A DNA stretch of 64,000 nt from Vicugna vicugna (Eukaryota). The DNA is taken from the NCBI GenBank assembly GCA_013265495.1, contig MU058423.1, positions 8,789,627-8,853,626 on the forward strand. The letters are read 5' to 3'. The notes under the pieces are model-generated. The model made no database searches, was not told the origin of the DNA, and was given only the letters and a program-made list of their open reading frames with translations. Within the stretch, counting starts at the first letter, position 1. Every line of letters begins with the position of its first letter. Position numbers and translations under genes: made by a program. Shown one piece after another: positions 10,601-23,339 of the stretch.

Positions 10601-11321
10601 TAAGCAGATGTCACATTCTGCTTGAAACCTTTCATTAGGCCCCTTTTGCCGTCGAAAGAGTCTGAAGTATATCATTGCTAATTCTGTACACATACCATGT
10701 GTACCAAGTATTTTTTGAGTATTTTTCGTCTCCTGTTTTATTTCACCTTTATGCCAGATCTGCAAGGTAGCCAGGCTTGGGCCTAAATTTGCAGACCAAG
10801 GCAGGAGTCCCGATAGACAACCCTATGCCATATGTCTAAATATTTTAAAATCATAAATCAAGCTATCAAGCTGTTAAATATGTCCTATTCTCTTATCTTG
10901 ACAAGTAGACTGGAAAGCCAGGCTCAAATTTAGTATTTTCAGATTTATAGGTTGTTCCGTGCCACTGGAATGTGACGACGTGGAGAGCTTGCCTCTTGCC
11001 CACAGCTCCCCTCCTCTTTTTTCCCCACTCTGTTCTGTCATCACATGCTAGAGGGGCCTTGTTTTAACATGGGACAATCCAGCCTACCCACCCAAGTATC
11101 ATCCACAGCCTTGTCACACAGCCACTCCTTGGCTATATTTCAGACCCAGGATGGTACCTGGAACGCACAGTTAGTTGTCAGAAGGGCAAAGCCAGAGAGG
11201 AGGTCCATATAGCTCACGGAAGTGTGTTCGTGGCCACCAGGCAGGGAGTTCTGGGCCCCTGGTAATGAACGTGGTCTAGAAAGGGGATATGAGGTCTAGT
11301 GGGCCTTGTCCCCTTAAATTC

Positions 11322-11450
11322 ATTTAATAGATGAGAAAACAGAGTCACCAAGAGGTTAAATAACTTAACCCAGGATCAGCTTGGAAGTGGCATAACTGAG
11401 AGTCAAACCCACTACCCCATACTTAACCACCACACCACACTGCCTCTCTT
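11322..11450 (-). mobile_element. MIR
   Basis: 'agatgagaaaacagagtcaccaagaggttaaataacttaacccaggatca'. Confidence 0.6.
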
Positions 11451-11645
11451 GGTTAAGTTTAATTTTCTGAACATGGATTAGCTGCTGGAGGTTAAGCTGA
11501 TGGAACAAGGAGATCCAAAGCTATAGAGGCTTAAAAAAATAATAATTCACAGAGAATGGGCAGTCCAGATAGAAGACAGACCTACTCCACAGGGTGATCC
11601 AGAGACCCAGGCGTCTTCTTAGTGCGCCACCATCCCTTAGGGTGA

Positions 11646-11815
11646 CAGTATTCAAAGTGTGGTCCCTGACCAGCGGCATCGGCATCACTCGGAAACTTGT
11701 TGGAGATGCTTCAGACCCACTGAGTCATAATTTCTGGTGATGGGACCCAGCCACTTGCGTTATCACGAGCCCCCCAGGTGACTCTGACGTGTGCTGCAGT
11801 TCACGAGCCACGGCC
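11646..11815. mobile_element. MER5A-like hAT-Charlie element
   Basis: 'tcaaagtgtggtccctgaccagcggcatcggcatcactcggaaacttgttggagatgc...cccccaggtgactctga'. Confidence 0.7.
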
Positions 11816-12294
11816 CTAGGATGCTATCCTTGTCTGTGTGGCTGATATTTTTTTTACCACTCCATGGCCACATTCCGGTTGGCAGGAATGGGATTAAAAA
11901 GAAAGAGGGACAGCCATCTTCCTTTTCAAGGATGTGATATAAAAATTTCACGCATCACTTCAGCACACACTCCCGTGATCAAAACTTTGGTCACATGGCT
12001 GCTCCTTGCTGCAAGAGAAATGGGTCCACTCTAGCTGAGCACTCGTGTGCCCTGCTCAAACTCAGGATGGGTAGGAGAAAGGAGAGAATGGACACTGGGC
12101 AATGGAGGGGGCAGTCGTCAGGTTTACGCAGGTTGAAACCTGCAAGTTTAAAATGAGGCATTATTATTAGGGCCTATTAAAACAGTGCCTTGAGCACACC
12201 AGCTTCTCAATACCCTTTGAAAAGGTTTGGTATCCGAAAAAAAAAGATTGGCTGGCTCTGAAATACAAAAAGAAAACTTTGAGATAGAATTAAC

Positions 12295-12643
12295 TTGCTA
12301 TTATGTGGAATCTGAAAAAAGAAAAAAGTAAACACTGATGAACTCATCTACAAAACAGAAAGAGACTCACAGACATAGTAAACAAACTTGGTTACTGGGG
12401 GGAAAGGGGGCAGGAAGGGATAAATTGGGAGTTGGAGATTTGCAGATACTAACTACTATGTGTAAAATAGATAAACAACAAATTTCTTCTGTATAGCACA
12501 GGGAACTCTATTCGATATCTTGTAGTAACCTGAAATGAAAAAGAATATGAAAATGAATATAAGTATGTATATGTATGATTGAAACAGTATGCAATACACC
12601 AGAAACTGACACATTGTAACTGACTATACTTCAGTTGAAAAAA
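12295..12643 (+). mobile_element. L1 3' end (cetartiodactyl-type, 5'-truncated)
   Basis: 'tatgtggaatctgaaaaaa...gaactcatctacaaaacagaa...ctgtatagcacagggaactctattc...gactatacttca' followed by an A-run. Confidence 0.85.
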
Positions 12644-14019
12644 CAGAATAGTCAACTGCAATTCAACTCGTTGTTTATAAATTAGTTTAAGTTGGAATCA
12701 GGATCCATTTCCATATTTGGTATGATTTGTAATGGGGCCTCCAAAAGTGTTGAGGTCTGCAGGAGTCTTCAGACAGTCCCGCCTAAGTCACTGTGCGACC
12801 TCTGACATCCTCACCGTTTCACCCTATCTCTCCCTCCTATACCTCTGCTCCGGCCATGCTGCTGGCTCGCCATCCCTGAGTATGGAGTGTGCCCTAGCCT
12901 CCCCTCTCCTTCCCATCCAGGCATCTCCATTTGTTCAGTGCATGTTATTCCCTTGGCTGTCTCTCCACAATCTGCCCTCACTTTTGTCCAGCCAAGACCT
13001 ACTCAGCTTCCAGGCCTGAGCTCAGACCTCACCTTATGCAAAGAGTCTTTCTTGATCTCCATGATGGACTGTCCACCCTATGTGCCCCGCAGCACACCCG
13101 AGCATATCTCTACCCCAGCCAGACTTCTCAGCTGTGGTTATTCCCTCCCCAAATGGGACGCTAGTTAAGAGCCAGACCCTGTTTTTGCTCAGAGGGCCTG
13201 ACACGTTCTAAATACTTAAACATGTGTAGACTGAATAGGTCCCTTGGGCACCTCTGATAGATGCGAATTCAACCTCAATTTTTTTCTCAAGAGGTACAAC
13301 CAGCATCAGTCATGCCTCAATGCACTGCAATTTTTCTCAAATACTTTAAATTCTTCATGTACCACATCTTCATGCTCGATGCCCCCAGATTATTTTAAAT
13401 AGAGCTTTTGTTCATAACAACACCCTCTTCCATATAAACCCACACCCACCCCAGATGGGACCCAATGTGGACTTTCCTAGTACTCAATTTCATAATCCAC
13501 CAAAGTAAGATCTAGCAACTGTCTCACATCCTTCAGGAAACTGGTGGGTAAGTGGCAGCTGTGACAAATTGCTCCCTCCTGTTGCCTTCCCTGACTCCTG
13601 TTAGCCAAGCCACAGAGCAAACTCCCTGAGCACCACACTGAGACCAAGCCCCACTGCAAATCCCAGCTGTATTTCCTCAGATCTTGTTCTCTCGGAAGGA
13701 ACACCACTGGGAATCATGGTGGTATGGGCCAGTTTTGACTGTAGTAGAGGTTTTTCAAAGGAACGACAGCTTTCGTTTTACAGCGAAATCTGAGAGCAAT
13801 TCAACAACATGTGAGCGTTTTACCAAAGCTCAATGGTATAGTTTGTAGAAATTATGAATTTAGAGACCCATGAAGCTGGAAATGTGTTCCATCCTGAAGC
13901 ACTTTACCTGGGGTATGTGAGATCTTGGAACGATGGTTCTCAACTCTTCTCCTGCCCTCAGAGAGAGTCCCTATTTTGTCCTCAGTGACTGCAGCTCACT
14001 ATGGTAATACAGCCGGGGG

Positions 14020-14240
14020 AGTGTACTGTGGGGCGTAGCTCCCACCCGGGGGCTGGCTGGTCCCCCAGGGTACCTTTGGCAATGTCTGCAGACATTTTTG
14101 GTTGTCACAACTCAGGTTGGGGAGTGTTATTGGCATCTAATGAGTAGAGGTCAAGGAAGCCATTAAATATCTCACAAGGCACAGGGCAGACCCCTACAAC
14201 AAAGAATTATCCAGCCAGAGAGGGTCAGAGTTCAAGGTCA
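14020..14240. mobile_element. MER20 DNA transposon
   Basis: 'tttggcaatgtctgcagacatttttggttgtcacaact...ttattggcatctaatgagtagaggtcaagga...acaacaaagaattatccagcc'. Confidence 0.8.
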
Positions 14241-14532
14241 AATCCAGAGCTTGTTTGTTATTCACATGTGACTTCCAGCAAGTCATTTCACCTTTACAAA
14301 CCTTAGTTTTCTCATTTGGAAATTGAAGATAATGTCACTTACCTCTGAGGGAGTCTTAAAGTGATTAGATTTAAGCAAACAGCTGGCGTGGCCATGAAGT
14401 GGCCAGCGTGTAAGTGTGCCACACCTATTTGTGACAAAGGTGACTCCCTGCGTGAGGCAGGGGGGTGGGGGATGGCCCTTGACGGAACAAGGAACAATCT
14501 GAGTGGGAGAAGGTGCAAAACATAGTTTAGAT

Positions 14533-14723
14533 GAACCATTCTCCAACTCTGAGAGTCACTGCTACAGGAAGTCCCTGTAAGCATTTTAAGGGAACTGTGA
14601 CCCTTCCTAAATTTGTGTGCAAAAATGTACGTGTATATTTGTGTATTCTTCTAGAGCAAAGATGAAAGAATTTTATTAGCTTCTCAAAGGAGATTGTAAT
14701 CCCCCAAAGGTTAAGAACCATTG
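14533..14723. mobile_element. hAT-Charlie-type MER element
   Basis: Terminus 'ttctcaaaggagattgtaatcccccaaaggttaagaaccattg' is typical of this group. Confidence 0.5.
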
Positions 14724-15034
14724 ACGTCATCCAGTCTCCTCTCTTTACAAAAAAGAAAATTGAAATCGAAAGACAGTGAATGACTTACCCAAAGTCATAC
14801 ACGTAGTGACAGACCTGTGCTTCAGACCAGGTTGGCCTGGGACACTAATACAGGTGGCCCCAACCGAGGCGGGCTAAGGGATAAATTGGGTTTACCTTGT
14901 GACAAAATGACATAGTAAACACAGACACAGTTCCTCATTCTAGTCCTGTCAACTTACAAATCTCTACATTTGTCTTCTCAGTTAAGTGAACTGTGATCTT
15001 CAAATCTTCGGTACCAATCCACCTGGGTCTGGGT

Positions 15035-15120
15035 CAGAGCTTCTGCTGGGGCCTGGAAATCTGCATTTGAACAAGCTCCCCAGGCCAGTCCTCGCTACAC
15101 TCGGATTTGAGAATCACTAC
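15035..15120. mobile_element. MER5-like fragment
   Basis: 'gggcctggaaatctgcatttgaacaagctccccagg...tttgagaatcact'. Confidence 0.6.
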
Positions 15121-15458
15121 AGTGAAGGATGTGTAGACTGAGCTTGTTAGTTTTTGAGTGTTGATTTGTGAAGGTGCCAAGGCACTTCTTTTCTGAACTA
15201 CATTTTCAGCTTTTCCAGGAAAACCAATTTGAACTAAAATTGCTTTGGCTTGGTCTCTGTCCAAAAGTGACTTTTTTTCCAGTAAGGGTTGAATATAGTT
15301 CATTTTTTTTAAATCTGCTTAAAAAATATTTCTGTCTGATAGAGATGGGAACTGGATGGAGAAAGTTTCATGTTGTCCAGTGTTTAGGAATTATTTTAAG
15401 TAATTTAAATGATAAGATCAAATTACTTTAAAAGGGTGCTGTCCGTGTGCAGGATGTA

Positions 15459-15460
<2 letters not shown>

Positions 15461-15508
<48 letters not shown>
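15461..15508. repeat. (TG)24 microsatellite
   Basis: Perfect dinucleotide run. Confidence 0.97.
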
Positions 15509-15514
<6 letters not shown>

Positions 15515-17038
15515 CATGTCACTGATAAGAACAAAGATCATACACTTTTGGGTGTATGATCACAATTATTGTCATCAGTAATTAGAGTTAAGCAGGATGG
15601 ACAGGATCACGAACAAAATAACAAGAAAAATCCAAGAAAGTTTCCTGTGATTTTCAAGTCTAAATTAGATTGATTAGGAAATTAACAAGACAACCAGAAT
15701 CTACTACGCTGCTTCTACCTCATCTAGGCGATCAGCAGTGGTTAGAAAAACTAATATTTTCTACTTTCCTCATCTCAGGAAAACCTGACGCAGAGACCCC
15801 TTTCCTCAGCATATTCTTTTATTTTCTAATCCTTGAAAACTTTCTCTGGCCACTGGGCCAGCCCTGTGAGCCTTGGTGAAAGCAACTGCCAGCTATGTGT
15901 TAGAAGCCTCCTGTTGTGGGATTTAAGAGTTGAAGCCATTGTCCCATTCTGACTGCTTTTTACACAGCCCCACATCGATGTCCCACAAACACTGGAGATA
16001 ACACTAACCCTTCCTGTGCTTGCTGCGAACTGGGGTGTGGAGTCATCGCTGATTCTCTGCACGCCAAGCACCCTGTGCACCACCTCGTATCTTCCCAGCA
16101 CCTCCATGCCCCCCACCCCACACACAGTGGAAACCTAGGTGTACACACAGACCCAGCCCTGCCAAGAGGCTGCTCCAAACGTCCAGCTTGTCTTCAGGCG
16201 GGGCCAGCAGTGTTCCGTACTGTTCCTCTGGCCGGTACTCCTGCACCACGCTGTTCTCCGGGGCTGCCTGTAGCATTTTCGTCCTGCTATCCAAGTGGAG
16301 CGGACGCTTGTTTTGACGGCCCAGCAAACCCCTCCCTCCACACACCTTTTTGGGACTAGAACTCCTGTTAAGGAAACAGCTCTCCTTCACTTGATTTAAA
16401 AGGGACCCCAATCCCAACCCAGTAGATACGATTTCTAAGTCCAGGGGTGAACGTGAGTCCCTTCCCAGGGGTGTGGACTGGAGTCTGAGAGTCAGCCAGT
16501 GCCCCTCCAGCTTACTGAAGCTTAAGCTGCAACAAGCCGCAGCTGTCAGGAGCCCTGTCGTCCGCCGTGCAGAGAAAGAGAGAGGGCGTTCCTGCTGGTT
16601 TCCAGATCCGGGTTCCAGCTCTGCCGTAGGTCCGGCCACTTCCAAGCTCCTTGAGTCCTAAGCTGGTTTATGGCGGATATTTCTCAAAACCCTCGCCCCC
16701 ACACACGAAACAAACAAACAAAAAAACCCACACAAAAAAGACACAAACAAACAAAAACCAACCAATACGTGATTAGATAACTTCCCCAACTGGGTTGTGA
16801 ACTCCTTGAAGACACAGATGAAGGTGTGGAGAAGATCCCTTCTCATCCCTGCCCCCCTTCTTTTTATTCCCTTATTCTCTTGGGTTCCCAGCCCAATCCT
16901 TTGAGGAAGATATTTGTTAACTGGTAGTTAACAAATAGTTAATTATAAATAAATATAAATAGTCTCTTAATTCTCAATCTAAATCTTGATTTTGAAAGCC
17001 ACCCTGAACAATTAAAAATCTTCTTTTAAAAGAACATA

Positions 17039-17167
17039 TTTTTTTTTGATGTGGGGGAGGTAATTAGTGTTACTTATTTATTTATTTAATGGAGGTGCTG
17101 GGGATTGAACCCGGGACCTCTATACATACTAAGCACATACTCCACCAATGAGCTATACCACTCCCCC
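17039..17167 (-). mobile_element. Camelid-type tRNA-derived SINE (vic-1-like)
   Basis: The plus strand reads 'gggggaggtaattag...ggaggtgctggggattgaacccgggacctc...gagctataccactccccc'. Pol III A and B boxes are on the minus strand. Confidence 0.85.
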
Positions 17168-17824
17168 TTAAAAAGACAGTGTTAAATGGTTGGAAACCTT
17201 GTTGTTTTCCACCCCTCAATTTCTTAACCCTACTGTGCACCAGTAATTAATGAAGAAGTTCTTAAAAACCTGTTAAAAGCCTAAAAGAGCAATTTGAGGC
17301 CCCATGCCCCCACTTTCTGGTATAATTACTCTGAGGTAGGACTTTGGTGTCACTATTTTTAAAACAAACACCACCCCCCACCCCAGGTGACCCTCTTGCA
17401 GCCAGAATTAAGAATCATAGTTCAGTATGAATCTCACGTTATAACTGTTTTAATGTTAAATTTATATACATCCTTTAAACCAGCCAGTTGAGGAAATTGC
17501 TGGGAAAGTTACGTTTTGATAAAGTTTAAGTGTCTTCGGGCCCCTGTTCTTGCAGTTTCTATATGACCCCTCCAACACAACCCCTGCCCCATTCCCTTAG
17601 TCAGTTTTGTCTGTTTGTGGGAAGGCGTTAAGCACGCGGTTCATTCATCCTGCAAACCATCTCTTCTCCTCTTGGGCCCATCTTAAAGTTTAGAAAGGAT
17701 GGCCCCTGCTGGGGCAGAGAGCCAGTGGGAGCCAGAGCACCAGATGGCTCCACTGGCCTCAAGATGGTTGTTTCTTCACGCCGTGTGATAATGCAGGCAC
17801 AGATTTTGCGATGCGTCTACAAGC

Positions 17825-17992
17825 ACTGGGATGCCAGAGATCGCAGCAACACCAGAAGCTAAGAGAAGGGCATGGAACAGACTTTCTCCTAAGCCTTTAG
17901 AGACAGCATGGCCCATCAGCACCTCAGTTTAGGGCATCTAGATTTCAGAACTGCAAAGAGAATTTATTTCTATTGTTTTAAGCCACCCAGGT
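17825..17992 (+). mobile_element. MaLR LTR fragment (MLT1B/C-like)
   Basis: 'caccagaagctaagagaagggcatggaacagactttctcct...cagaactgcaaagagaatttatttctattgttttaagccaccca'. Confidence 0.75.
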
Positions 17993-19440
17993 GAAAAAAA
18001 AGATTGTTGCTTCTTCTAATTCCTTGCCAGGTGAACACATTCAGGTTTTTAATTAGGGGAAAAATACCATTTACTCCTACACCTCTTCCTGTCTTCAAAA
18101 GCATCTCAGCAAATGCTTGCTCCTCTGGGAAGCCTCCTCTGCCCACTCGCTCTCCTCCAGTTTTGTGCACGCTGCCTTCTCGGGACTGTCAGCATTTCCC
18201 AGGGAAAATGTGTCAGCGGCCTGGGTGGGCATGGCGGAGGTGTCTGTGTTCCTCACAGGACTGTGAACTTGAGCACAGAGGTTTTTAGTTCATATCTGTA
18301 GGTCTTTAGCAGCTTCTCAATAAGCTTTGTTGAATGAATGAATGAAAGAAATATGAATCCACAGTCAATTTGCCAATCTCTGGGCATCAATATGAGTTAT
18401 TTTCTTTGACTCCTTTCTCACTGTCTCCATTCTTTCCAGACCAGCAAAGACACCAGCGACAGCAGCCCATGAAACTTTCCCAAAACCTTTCTGATAAAGG
18501 CTCTTCAAAGTTCTGCTCCCAGCAGGAAGCTGTCCTGAACCAGGTTTCACTCTGACTTCTAGATCAAATGATGAAAAGTCTATCCAAGAAAATGAAATCT
18601 ACAGAGCACTTAACTTCTGGAGCAGGTGGAGAAAATATGGAAAAAAAAGAAAAGTGAAGTGAAATAAAAGGGTTCAACCCATACGTCTTCTAAGGCAGGT
18701 ACCTGGGTGAGCAACAAAAGGCATATGGTCTTAATTAAGGATGTCACAGCTCAGTGAGGGGGAAAAAATGATAGTTCACCGGAACCCAAGTAGGAAAAAG
18801 CTTTCTGAAGAAGGTGGAAAGTAAGCCGGCCACTAAAAGGACTGACGCTGTGTGGCACATAAAAATAGGTAAGAAGAAGCCTTAATGCAGAACTCAGAAG
18901 GGACAGGATCTATTTTTATCCAGCACGTCGTTTGGAACACTGAGCCTATTTGTGCAGGAACAAGAAAACACATAACATTTCGGATGTTCAGATAGAGTCA
19001 TTATTTAAGTACAGAACATGCTTTAGAAAAACTTCTGGAAGTCTAATCTCTTATCACAATTTCCTCAGGTTAGCAGATTTGAGGGAAAGGAGAGTTTGAA
19101 TCTTTTACTCTATATAGTTTGGATTTTTTACAAGAATCATATTACTCTTTTAAATAAAAATAGCATAGTAACTTAAAGCCCCAATGTATGCTTTCAATGA
19201 AATATTCGATTAAATGGGATTCTAATTATGATGTAAGTCAGGTATATTAATGCACAGTGTTGGAGCCCATTAAAACCAAGAGAACAGTACAATTTGGAAA
19301 AGAATTGCCCAGGGTTTATTATTAAGACAATGTTAAAATGTATATTAAAAATTCTTTAAATGGCCTGTATATTGGATGTTGCTCATTATTGTGTGAGCAC
19401 TAAAAAAAGAAGGTCTTCATTCACTCAAGCATGTCATAAA

Positions 19441-19656
19441 GGGGGAGGGAGGATAAATTAGGAGTTTGTGATTTGCAGATACTACTATATATAAAGTTAG
19501 ATAAACAATGAGTTCCTGCTGTATAGCACAGGGAACTATATTCAATAGCTTACAATAGCCTATAACGAAAAAGTATATGTGTATAACTGAATCGCTGTGC
19601 TGTACACCAGAAATTAACACATTGTCAATCAACAATACTTCAATAAGAAAATAAAA
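19441..19656 (+). mobile_element. L1 3' end (5'-truncated)
   Basis: Same family as 12295-12643: 'ggataaattaggagttt...ctgtatagcacagggaactatattcaata...tgctgtacaccagaaattaacaca' with an A-rich tail. Confidence 0.85.
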
Positions 19657-21192
19657 GTGCATGGGCAGGTGGCTGTGGAAACTTCAAACCTGAACTCTCT
19701 TCTTTTGGGCCAGCTAATCTTTTTCAACACTGCATTAAACATTTTTTTTTTAATTTCAAGAGTTTTTTTCCATCATGTCTCAATGTCTGAATTCTTGGCC
19801 TTTTTTGATTTTTCATGCCAGCTGATACTCAGCAAGAGATGATTAATTTATGTATACATCTCAGAGACTCCCTGCCTTGAAACATGCTCTACTTTCAAAG
19901 CAATAAAACCTGGCATGTGTGGTATTTTATTTTGATGCGCTCGTTCACAGCATTCAGGCCATATTTAAAAGAGACTGGCAACGTGTAATATGGTAAAAAG
20001 GTCAGGTGATGGGTTTTGGTGTTAATTAAGGCGGTGTTTAAATTTGGGGAGTTCTTGCTAGTTGTCATGACCTTGGACAAATCACTTCACTTCTGCATGT
20101 CTATTTCTACTGCCTAAAATCTCTCAGGTTTTAACTATACTGTAAAACTTACTGTAAAACCTTTATAGTAAGATAGCTTATAGATTGACTTATAGATTTA
20201 TGGCACTTTGTACATCATCTGGCTTATAGTAATCACTCCAAAAAATGTATTCTTAACATTTCCCCAAGGCTTAACTGCTTTTGCAGGTCTGCACATGCCA
20301 GGCTGCAAATCTAACTGGGATCTTCTGAACTGACAAAATGTCTTGCTCGTAGGTCTTTGCTTTAGAATATTCTGCCTGGGGACTTTGACTCCCACCTGTG
20401 CAGGGTGGCTCTGCCCTGGGACCGGCTGAATGGGAGCCCCGTGGGCATCTGTAACTTTCTGTGCACAAGCAGCCCTGTTGTTTTGTTAAGAGTGGTTTAA
20501 AATTATCTTTATTTTTTATGTCTTAATTTTTTTTTAATCCAGGTCTTTTTGTTTGATGTATTCTTAACTTATTTTCGACTATTCTATCTCATTCTTTTAA
20601 ATCTTCAATTCCTTAGTGGCATTATTTCACTGCCTTTTTTATCCTTTAATTTGGCTCTCATTTTAAGCAGTTTATCCACTTATATAAACATTTTATCATT
20701 TTAATTCATATTTTAATATTTTTATTGAATTATATTTTATACTTATTTTTCCAATATTTTTTATTTTAATATTTTTGAAATTGCAATATTTTAAAAACTG
20801 TTAAATCTATATTTTTATTTCTTTTACCTATTAAATGATGGGTAAATGTTCAGGGAAAAAAATTTAGACTAGTTCATTTCTGAAAGCAGATTCAGGGAAT
20901 TTTTCCTACTCCAGTTTGCCATGAGAGGGATTAGCATATTGGAGACATTGGGGGTGGCACGTCTACCATGACCAGGAAGGGATTGTCCAAATTTACCCAT
21001 TTATAAACAAAACAGAAGCCAGAACTCCGGTCCATCTGGAGCAGTGGAGACTCAAAAGGAGAGAGCGCCTGTCTCCTGGATCACAACTCCCCTCCACAGA
21101 GAAGTCTTCTGGAAACAGAGACTGGGTCAACTTCATAAGGTAAAACTGCACAGTACTTTAAACGGGCTTCAGTTACTACACAATTAGTTGCT

Positions 21193-21765
21193 TGAGATAC
21201 AGGGGTACAAAAAAAGGGTTCACATGGCCAGCCTGGGCCTGGTGTCCTTAGAAAAGCCTGCTTTCGCGCTTGGCCTTGGCTTGCGCCTGGGAACTTGACT
21301 GGTAAACAGATGCCTGTGCTGCAGTCAGACTTGCCCTGATGGTAAGGGTGGTTCACTGTCCCCGGACCACACAGACAGTAAGGTTTACACAGAACGCCTG
21401 CTTTCCTTCTGCAAGTCTGGAATCTTGGTTCGTGCTGGGTGCAGGGTGCTTATGTGACCAGCCCCCAGTGAAAAACCTTGGGTGCCCAGCTAGTGTCTAA
21501 TGAGCTTGCTGGTAGACAGCGCTTCACATGTGTTGTCAGCACCGGTTGCTGAAGAGCTACGCCCATCCTGCGTGGCTCCTGGGAGAGGACTCTTGGACGC
21601 TTGCAGCCGGTTTTCTCCGGACCTTGCTCTGTGCAGCTCTCCCCTTTGCTGATTTTGATTTTCCTCCAATAATAGTAAGTCTTAGCTGTGAATTCAACCA
21701 CGTGCTGACTCTTGTGAGTCACTGTAGCAAATCAGTAAACCTGGCGGTGATCCTGGGGACCCCAG
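21193..21765 (+). mobile_element. Solo LTR, MER21-like
   Basis: 'cctgctttccttctgcaagtctggaatcttgg...tatgtgaccagcccccagtgaaaaaccttgggt...ctgggagaggactcttgga...gtgatcctggggacccc'. Confidence 0.75.
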
Positions 21766-22994
21766 CAAACGGGGTTTCTCCCGTCTCCAGACTGGCTGAT
21801 AAATAATTAGTTCCTGGCTTAGTAACAGACTTTTATCTCTCCTCCAGACCAGATGGTGGAACCTTCCTATTTTGGTTTACCTTGACAGTTAATGGTCCTA
21901 ACCACCTGCCTCTTAAACAGGAAAATCAAGGATAATTTTTCCCCATCAATCTGACTATCAAAGAGATCCAAGTATTCTCAAGTCTCAGTTTGTCAGCTTG
22001 TGGATGGTCAAGGTCCCTCTCAGCAGTCCCGCTTCTTGTCATGACAGCACAGCCATCTTGGGGCCAGCGCCCCTCACTCAGGCTCTGGTGTGGTATTTGA
22101 GAAAGAGCGTGGTGCTCTGTGGTGACAGGACAGAACCTCTGAGCCCAGGCATTCTGCCACCCACGTCTCTGCCCTGTTTTATGGTTTCTGCAGTGTCGCC
22201 CTTTGACAAGGCCCCTGGGCGCTTATTCCTTGGTCACCGAAGGCCTGTGATGTAAGTGGTAATGTTAGCCATGGATCAGGCTTCAAGCAGCAGGGCGAGT
22301 CTGGAATCAGCTGCTATACTTGTGAAAGAAATTGGTCTGAAAAGTGGCCAAGGGAGAAAGAGGAAGTGAATTTTATGTTTCCTCAAATCGGGAGGAACCA
22401 GGCCTGTCCCACCCTGCTGGTCACTGTCAGCAGACACCATGTAACGTCACAGCCCAAGTTACATGAGAAGCTAATTGGTTGCATCTTTCTGAACCGAAAA
22501 AAACTGCCTGGAACTTGCCCCTTGGAGTAGGAGGCCTGTCTCAGAATATGCAGTATGGTGTTACACGTCTCTCTGCCTGCAAGAAATCTAGATTTTTTTT
22601 TAATGGTTCCATTTCCTCCAGAGTTTTACTTTTTTTTTTTCCCAACAAAGATAAAATGGACTGGCTTCTTTAATCTCATGTCTCCAGGACCCCTGTAACT
22701 TCCAATACAATACTTCTCAGTGCAAAAGGCATATGTTATACTTTGCAGCCTAGTCTCCATCAGCTCTCAGTAAAGGCCAGATATGTACTAGATTGATAGA
22801 GAGAGAGAGAGTAATAGACAGATACTCCTATAGACTATTATTATACTATTCTGATCTCTGGTTTCAAACTGTCTTTTCAACTTTCTATTCCATGTACCTG
22901 ACACAATCATTGTAGGGGATCTAGATGTCAAGATTGACAATCTCTCTTGGAGAGAAGCTCTTTTTTTTTTTGAGAGCTCTTGTTTAAAAAAAAA

Positions 22995-23339
22995 ATGTTT
23001 AAACTGCTTTACTGAGACACGAGTGATGTACAGAACGCGTGCATATTTAACGTATACAACCTGGTGAGTTTGGAGCTAAGTGTGCCTCCATGAAGACATC
23101 ACCAATCTGTGCCAGGAGCATGTCCATCACCTCCAGAAGTTCCCTCCCATCCTCCTTATTATTACTATTTGTTATTATTTTGTGATAAGAAGACTTAAGA
23201 TCTCTGTCAGCAAATTAGTCAAAGGGCACAAAGTTTCAGTTATACAGATGAGTAAGTTCTAGGGACCTACTGCACAGCATAGAGCTTACAGGTAAGCATC
23301 ATGTATTATTCTTAACATTTTGAGGAAAGTAAACTCTAA
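22995..23339 (-). mobile_element. Old L1 (L1MA/L1MB-type) 3' end with an inverted 5' segment
   Basis: 22995-23204 is the L1 terminal region on the minus strand. 23211-23339 is the immediately preceding consensus segment on the plus strand. Confidence 0.65.

Noticed and set aside
16043..16645. 200-aa minus-strand ORF
   Set aside because: It has a TTG start, no recognisable domain or splice structure, and lies in a GC-rich, possibly LTR-derived patch.
20260..20840. GC-balanced 200-nt block followed by a very T-rich stretch, considered as a snoRNA or retrocopy
   Set aside because: I could not place convincing C/D or H/ACA boxes, TSDs or a parent gene. An Rfam or Dfam search would be needed.
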